Part shown: positions 58,797-64,000 of the stretch, piece after piece | Layout: each line of letters starts with the position of its first letter | Numbering within the stretch: position 1 is the first letter of the stretch | Notes under the pieces: generated by a model | Told to the model about the DNA's origin: nothing | The model's input: only the letters and a program-made list of their open reading frames with translations | The model's database searches: none | DNA from: an uncultured Gammaproteobacteria bacterium | GTDB taxonomy: Bacteria; Patescibacteriota; Microgenomatia; Levybacterales; GWA1-39-11 | Direction: 5' to 3' | DNA: 64,000 bases | Assembly: GCA_964537315.1 (NCBI GenBank) | Contig: CAZIAP010000001.1 | Coordinates: 314,888 to 378,887, forward strand | Translations under genes and position numbers: made by a program

Positions 58797-59046
58797 CCGA
58801 CCTGCCTTACGACAGATTTGAATAACAGTTGTTCACGCGATATCTCGCGTGCCTCCGACGCAGGTTCTACCTGGATTAGGACTTATCAGACTTTCGGATT
58901 ACCTTGCGCGTGCAAGGCGCTATGATTTCCCTTCTGCGGTTAAAATACCTCCGTCGTGGACCCAAGTAGAGTATTCGAGGTGTCCTTCGAAAGACCGCAA
59001 CAGGGGAACCGTACCGAAAAGCCACTAGCTATTCCTTCCATTAGAC
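58797..59046 (-). ncRNA. candidate structured non-coding RNA of unknown class (~250-285 nt, GC-rich, between two terminators)
   Basis: No ORF of 60 aa or more on either strand. GC content far above background. A terminator follows the preceding gene at 59047..59088 and a strong terminator sits at 58762..58796. No tmRNA, RNase P or SRP consensus could be recognised by eye. Confidence 0.3.
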
Positions 59047-59088
59047 GAAAAAAGTAGGGGTAAAGCGGTGTACACCGCACTATACCCT
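59047..59088 (-). terminator. terminator-like hairpin (GGGTA..GCGGTGTACACCGC..TACCC) followed by a T6 run on the minus strand, immediately after the stop of 59080..59412
   Basis: 14-bp perfect palindrome GCGGTGTACACCGC at 59065..59078. A minus-strand T-run occupies 59047..59052. Confidence 0.45.
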
Positions 59089-59412
59089 TCTGTTTTGCCG
59101 CAAAGCTCGCTCCTTACTAAAGTCAATAATCTGACTTTGATTACTACGATCACTCGTTTGTGTGTTGCTCAATGAATGTTGAACATACCACGCGCCTGAC
59201 AGAGCGCCAAGTGAAAAGAAAGCTATGCTAACTCCCGGATTATATGCTTTGAACTTCTTTTTGCTAGATCTTTTAGGTAATCTCCTAAAGATTCCCAATC
59301 TCCAACATGTGACCATAGCCAAAAGACATACTACTGCTATAAGCTCAAGAGAGAAATAAAGAGGGAGAGCTATCGTCAAACAAACAGCAAAAACTACTAG
59401 AAACTTCAGCAT
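59080..59412 (-). CDS. small membrane protein (two TM helices), unknown function
   Basis: MLKFLVVFAVCLTIALPLYFSLELIAVVCLLAMVTCW...VSIAFFSLGALSGAWYV. Confidence 0.45.
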   Translation of the reverse strand: MLKFLVVFAVCLTIALPLYFSLELIAVVCLLAMVTCWRLGIFRRLPKRSSKKKFKAYNPGVSIAFFSLGALSGAWYVQHSLSNTQTSDRSNQSQIIDFSKERALRQNRRV

Positions 59413-60010
59413 CGTTTCTTCCCTTCCAGATAGATGTTAAAGATCTGTTGTGCACTTCACAACAAATTACAGTTCACACTCGCTTCATATGCAAGATGTG
59501 AATTGGTTGCCATAAGTATAGTTTGTTAAAAAGTGAGAGTCAATAATAATTAAATTGAGAATAAATGAGGATATTTGTATAACCGGGCGGGGTGGACCCG
59601 CCCGGTGTAAGTGGTCAGAGTCGTCAGATGACGAAGTGTTCCGCATAGATCGCGGAGATTCGTACAAATGACAACCTGTCACTCATGCATCTGCTTTCCA
59701 AGCAGAAATTGCGAAATACCAGGCTAGGCGTTGAGAAGCATACGGAGCTGGTCTCGATCACACGTTAGACAACGACATTTTCGGCAAAAAATGCCGAAAG
59801 CAATCATGTCGTTCAAAACAGAGCTATCGATCTCCAACCCGAACGGACTCTCACGAGTAAGAGAGTCCAGAGTGGTTCGCAATATGCGCGGATTGCGTTC
59901 CCACTTCTTCTCAAGCTTAGCGAAAACATCCTGCAAATCGATCTCACTGTTAATGTGAGACTTCTTCTCGCTGCTTCGTACAACGACAGAGACCTGTGCC
60001 AGCGTCTGAA

Positions 60011-60241
60011 TCATTTTTTCCCCTCCCCCGAGGTTTCAAAAGAACCAAGGCCGATAATGATTTCCTGCATGTATCGAAGGAGTTTTTCAGGATCGTCTTC
60101 GATCCTTACGTTCTCATTGCCATCTTCGGCAAAAGAGATCGTCAACTGATCAGGCTTTACCAATTCAGGCAGCTTCTCATCAGTTGAATTGCCATTTCCT
60201 AAGAAATGGTCGTTCACCGCGCGTTTCCTTTCTGGCTTCAC
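60011..60241 (-). CDS. hypothetical small acidic protein (76 aa), low confidence; lies in a GC-shifted ORF-poor region
   Basis: Protein-like composition (VKPDQLTISFAEDGNENVRIEDDPEKLLRYMQEIIIGLG) but overlapped by ORFs on the opposite strand. Confidence 0.25.
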   Translation of the reverse strand: MKPERKRAVNDHFLGNGNSTDEKLPELVKPDQLTISFAEDGNENVRIEDDPEKLLRYMQEIIIGLGSFETSGEGKK

Positions 60242-60470
60242 TATTAAATATGGATGCCAGAAAGAACCCTTTGTTTCATTACGTCACCCTTCCAGGTAAA
60301 GATGTCAGTAGAGTAAGCGAATGACACTTATTCTACTGACAACGCATAACGGATTGTAAAGACATGCGCACAACTGAACAACAACAGTTGGCACGTTTCA
60401 ACGCTATCGGCTCACGGCATATCCTTTCTCTAAGATCAATGATCTCTGCCTCATCCTGTGATTTATATCA

Positions 60471-60563
60471 CAGACAAAGACCGCCGGAAGAAAAGAGTAA
60501 CTCTCTCCTCTTTCGGCAGTCTTTATAAAGCAGTTTATTGGATTTCGCAATTTTAATGTACTA
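60471..60563. repeat. direct repeat copy A (~95 nt; the homologous copy B is at 61041..61148)
   Basis: The copies share caaagaccgc..gaaaaga..ctcctcttt..cgcag..ttttaatgtacta at about 75% identity. Confidence 0.5.
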
Positions 60564-61040
60564 GATCTCACATTTTTTTACTTTTACAAAAAGTATATTG
60601 GTGTGGGAGCGCATAAGTCGCGCCCCCACTAAAGAAAACAGGAAGTACCTTCATTTGACGATACATTGACCGCCAAGATAATACCTCCTGTCAAGCTGGA
60701 ACCTAATCGGAATGTCCTTTCAATGCATATAGCATTCTGCGTTTTCGATCAATATCACGGTCGCGTGATCTGTGAGGAGCACCATGCTTTCTCTTTAATT
60801 GGTATCGCTTCGCTCGCGACCCCTTCTCTTTTAGTGTCTGAACAGCTTGCATTCGTAACACTTCGAAAAGTGGCTCCATCTCGACGGGCCTCACACCGGA
60901 AATGGAGGTGCCAACAATTGAGAAAGCATAAGATGCTTGCATCGTACTAATCCTCCTACGTTTCGTCGAACTTATTAGGATGTATCCTCAAAAGACTTAG
61001 TTATCCTTTCTACTAGGCCTTTATACATAATCGGGACTTC

Positions 61041-61148
61041 CGACAAACAAAGACCGCGAAAAGAAAAGACAAAAACCTCCTCTTTACGCAGCCCTTGCAA
61101 AAAAACTCCGATTTGAACGGAGTAAATTCCAGTTTTTTAATGTACTAC
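61041..61148. repeat. direct repeat copy B
   Basis: See copy A. Contains the internal hairpin CTCCGatttgaaCGGAG. Confidence 0.5.
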
Positions 61149-61154
61149 TTTTAA

Positions 61155-61220
61155 AAATAAAAAAAGCAACCGTTATTAAGATACAAATTGTCTAAGATCT
61201 TAATATGGTTGCTTTTTAGT
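61155..61220. terminator. bidirectional rho-independent terminator downstream of lon (11-bp stem AAAAAGCAACC/GGTTGCTTTTT with nested TTAAGAT/ATCTTAA)
   Basis: The stem is flanked by A-runs and T-runs on both strands, giving U-tracts in either orientation. Confidence 0.55.
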
Positions 61221-61368
61221 ATACGCTTAAAATAATATCCTGTCAATATACTATAAGGATAATTATTATATGAGTGCCTCTTACAAATTTTAATAAATTT
61301 CTGTAAGTTTAACCGAGATCAAGAAGAAAATTTCTTACGAAGCTGATAAAAACTTAATTTCTTATAGG

Positions 61369-63765
61369 TTATTCTGCAGGAGTAGGCTGCATGGAGACAA
61401 AATTCTGTTTTGGTTGTTTTTCGCCTTTAATCTCTTTAAAGCCCGGAAGAGGTTTAGTAAGTGCGATTTTTAATACATCATCCATGTGGCTTACGAATAC
61501 AAACCTAAGATCATTTAATACTTCTTTTGGCACATCTTCCAGATCTTTTCTGTTTTCTTTAGGCATAATAATAGTCTTTAATCCTGCACGGTGCGCAGCA
61601 ATTACTTTTTCTTTAACTCCACCAATTTCAAGAACTCTTCCTCGAAGTGTTACTTCACCGGTCATACCGACTAAGTGGTTAGTAGGAATTTTTGTCAGTG
61701 CTGACACAATAGCTGTAGTAATAGCAGTGCCTGCTGATGGTCCGTCTTTTGGTACAGCACCTTCAGGTACGTGAATATGTACATCTAGTTTGTCATAGAA
61801 ATCTTCTGAGATTCCAAGCTTCTTTGCTCTTGATCTAATATATGACATAGCAGCCTGTGCCGACTCTTTCATTACATCTCCGAGTTTTCCCGTTAATGTA
61901 AGTCTACCCTTTCCAGGCATGAGAGCGATTTCTATGAATAAGATATCTCCTCCAACTTCTGTGTATGCAAGTCCTGTTGCAATTCCGACTTCATCTTTTT
62001 TCTCAGCGATTGTTGATGCAAATTTTGCAGGTCCGAGATACTTGGTTACAGTTCTTTCAGTTACCTCAACTTTTTTCTTCTTTCCTTCAGCTACTCCTTT
62101 TGCTACTTTTCTCATTACTGCAGCTATCTCTCTCTCAAGACTCCTTACTCCTGCTTCACGAGTATAACGTCGGATGATAAACCGTAACGCACCATCTGTA
62201 ATTGATACATTCTCTTTCTTCAAACCATGTGCTTCGCGCTGTTTTTTGATTAGAAAGTCTTTTGCGATATGGAACTTCTCGTCTTCTGTGTAACCTGCAA
62301 ACCTAATTATTTCCAATCTGTCACGAAGTGCAGGTGGGATAGTATCAAGCATGTTTGCAGTTGTGATAAACATTACATCCGAGAGATCAAAATCTACGTC
62401 AAGATAATGATCGCCAAACTTGCTGTTCTGCTCTGGATCAAGTGCTTCAAGTAATGCTGCTGTTGGATCTCCGCGGAAATCTACCCCTACTTTATCAATC
62501 TCATCAAGCATGAAGACTGGGTTTTTGGTACCTGCGTCCTTAATTCCTTGTATCATACGACCTGGCAGAGCACCTACATAGGTTCGTCTATGTCCTCTTA
62601 TCTCTGCCTCATCACGAACTCCTCCAAGTGATAGTTTCACAAATTTTCTGTTAAGTGATTTGGCGATTGATTTACAAATAGATGTTTTACCAACTCCTGG
62701 TGGACCTACAAAACATATAATTGGTCCTTTCATTTTTCCTGACAATTTGTGTACTGCCAAGTACTCGATAATTCTTTCTTTTACTTTTTCAAGTCCATAG
62801 TGATCTTCATCAAGTACAGCAGCTGCTTTTTTCATATCAAGTGAAGTCTTTGATTTTTTATTCCATGGTAGGGATACGAGCCACTCTAAATAATTGCGGA
62901 TGTATCCTGCTTCTGGATTATATGGGGTTGTTTGCTGAAGTTTGCGTAACTCTTTGCGGGCTTTGTCCTCAACATCTTTTGGCATTCCTGCCTTACGTAT
63001 TTTATCGAGAAGCTCACGTACCTCTCCTCCCTCATCTGACTCACCGAGCTCTTTTTCTATTGTCTTTAGACGCTCTCTTAGAATTGCTTCTTTTGCATTT
63101 TTCTCAAATTGCTCTTGGGTTTTTGAAGCAATCTTTCGTTCAAGTTCGAGAACTTTTACTTCACGGGAAAGAAACTCTGATACTTTTTCAAGACGTTTTT
63201 TAACATCTATGGTTTCTAAAATCTCCTGTCGTTCGCTACCTTTTATATCAAGTGTAGATGCGATCTGATCTGCCAGTTCACCTGGTGTAATTTCAGACAT
63301 TATATTCATAAACACGAGAAAGTCTGCCTGCTTTCCATAATTAAGAGCTTTTTTGAATTCACTGATTAAGTGGTTGGTGAGTGCTTTAATTTCGGCGTTA
63401 CCAGTATCTCCCTCGTCAATTTCTTCAATTTCTGCGAGTAAGTAGTTACCCTTGTCTTCGTATGAAATTATTTTAGATCGATTAAGACCTCGGACAAGTG
63501 CATTTACTTCTCCGTCAGAACGAATCATACGTTCTATATGAGATACTGTTCCCATAGAATAAAGGTCTTCAGGGCTTGGATCATTTTGTCGTGGATTTTT
63601 CTGTAGAACAAAACAAACAACACGCTCTCCTGCAAATGCTGACTCAAGAGCTGCCAAACTTTTTGGTCTTCCGAAAGTCAAAATACTTTCAGTATGGGGA
63701 AATACAATACCGTCTCTAATTGGTATTACTGGAATCAATTTTCTGTTTGATGAAGTTAGATTCAT
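61369..63765 (-). CDS. lon: ATP-dependent Lon protease (LonA)
   Basis: N-terminal LON domain, Walker A GPPGVGKTS, Walker B MLDEIDK, and protease domain with PKDGPSAGTAITTAIVSALT (catalytic Ser) and K in GGVKEKV. Confidence 0.95.
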   Translation of the reverse strand: MNLTSSNRKLIPVIPIRDGIVFPHTESILTFGRPKSLAALESAFAGERVVCFVLQKNPRQNDPSPEDLYSMGTVSHIERMIRSDGEVNALVRGLNRSKIISYEDKGNYLLAEIEEIDEGDTGNAEIKALTNHLISEFKKALNYGKQADFLVFMNIMSEITPGELADQIASTLDIKGSERQEILETIDVKKRLEKVSEFLSREVKVLELERKIASKTQEQFEKNAKEAILRERLKTIEKELGESDEGGEVRELLDKIRKAGMPKDVEDKARKELRKLQQTTPYNPEAGYIRNYLEWLVSLPWNKKSKTSLDMKKAAAVLDEDHYGLEKVKERIIEYLAVHKLSGKMKGPIICFVGPPGVGKTSICKSIAKSLNRKFVKLSLGGVRDEAEIRGHRRTYVGALPGRMIQGIKDAGTKNPVFMLDEIDKVGVDFRGDPTAALLEALDPEQNSKFGDHYLDVDFDLSDVMFITTANMLDTIPPALRDRLEIIRFAGYTEDEKFHIAKDFLIKKQREAHGLKKENVSITDGALRFIIRRYTREAGVRSLEREIAAVMRKVAKGVAEGKKKKVEVTERTVTKYLGPAKFASTIAEKKDEVGIATGLAYTEVGGDILFIEIALMPGKGRLTLTGKLGDVMKESAQAAMSYIRSRAKKLGISEDFYDKLDVHIHVPEGAVPKDGPSAGTAITTAIVSALTKIPTNHLVGMTGEVTLRGRVLEIGGVKEKVIAAHRAGLKTIIMPKENRKDLEDVPKEVLNDLRFVFVSHMDDVLKIALTKPLPGFKEIKGEKQPKQNFVSMQPTPAE

Positions 63766-64000
63766 AATTTAACTTTAGCAGTGTAACAACTTCTTTGCTA
63801 ATTGTCAACCCCGACTCACAATCGGGATTAATAGATTATGGTGTAAGAAAATATAAATATAATGATTTCGGGTATAGAGTAATTATAATACGTTTCAAAT
63901 ATAAAATACACGTAAGAGAATGAGTTGTTGACACTATTCCATTTCAGGAGTACAATTGATCGTTGTCCCTCTCATAATAGTTTTACAAAAGCGCTGTACA

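Noticed and set aside
58797-59046. Assignment of the double-terminator RNA as tmRNA, RNase P RNA, 4.5S/SRP RNA or 6S RNA
   Set aside because: I searched by eye for GGTTCGA(A/T)TCC plus a CCA end and a tag ORF (tmRNA), GGAAAGUCCGG and ACAGAAACCCGGCUUA (RNase P), and CCGGAAGGAAGCAGCC (SRP). None is present, so the class is left open.
59724-60014. 96-aa ORF with a CxxCxCxxC zinc-ribbon-like motif
   Set aside because: The Cys codons come directly from a strong DNA palindrome (CGACATtttcggcaaaaaatgccgaaagcaatcATGTCG). The ORF overlaps plus-strand ORFs in a GC-shifted non-coding-looking region, so it is probably not a real gene.
59413-61160. rRNA fragment, group I or II intron, or retron ncRNA in the GC-rich region
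   Set aside because: No 16S/23S/5S conserved blocks are present, no group II domain V consensus (AGCCGUAU...ACGGUU), and no reverse transcriptase gene nearby. The region is reported only as an unexplained structured non-coding region.
63766-64000. CIRCE or CtsR heat-shock operator upstream of lon
   Set aside because: Only a weak CCCGActcacaaTCGGG hairpin and a TTGCTAA fragment are present. Neither the CIRCE inverted repeat TTAGCACTC-N9-GAGTGCTAA nor the CtsR direct heptad repeat is recognisable.

Overview
This window is an AT-rich (~30% GC) bacterial segment, almost entirely minus-strand, with a small-genome gene set that resembles Patescibacteria/CPR or a reduced Firmicute-like lineage. Standard genetic code: TAA, TGA and TAG are all seen as stops. 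Positions 1-44.8 kb form one very large operon-like glycosylation supercluster that looks like it builds a polyprenol-phosphate-sugar-dependent cell-surface or protein glycosylation pathway. It holds about 15 polytopic GT-C-type membrane glycosyltransferases: three tandem GT39 (PMT/ArnT-like) paralogs, GT87/DUF2029-like proteins, and a four-member family with an HD[SDGT] N-terminal motif. It also holds four Dpm1-like GT2 enzymes, two Wzx-type flippases, many GT2/GT4 enzymes, galE, a GDP-fucose synthase, a methyltransferase and a hexapeptide acetyltransferase. After a lone fabD, the rest of the window (45-64 kb) is a mixed accessory region. It contains a maf/mazG-like pair, an mhqED-like dioxygenase plus esterase preceded by tandem palindromic repeats, a Tat-signal secreted protein, a frameshifted gene, a PRC-barrel protein, a GlsB stress protein, a YcnI-like copper module and a YibE/F gene interrupted by an in-frame TAG. 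Next to a tRNA-Glu(CUC) sits a nuclease-rich islet: two paralogous YraN/Hjc-like PD-(D/E)xK domains, an orphan 397-aa protein and a GIY-YIG protein. Beyond the tRNA lie an ORF-free transcript bounded by two terminators and a GC-shifted ~2-kb ORF-poor region full of hairpins and two ~100-nt direct repeats, followed by lon. The nuclease islet at the tRNA and the adjacent non-coding region are the best candidates for something undescribed. Period-7 repeats sitting directly 5' of several start codons are a second unexplained signal.
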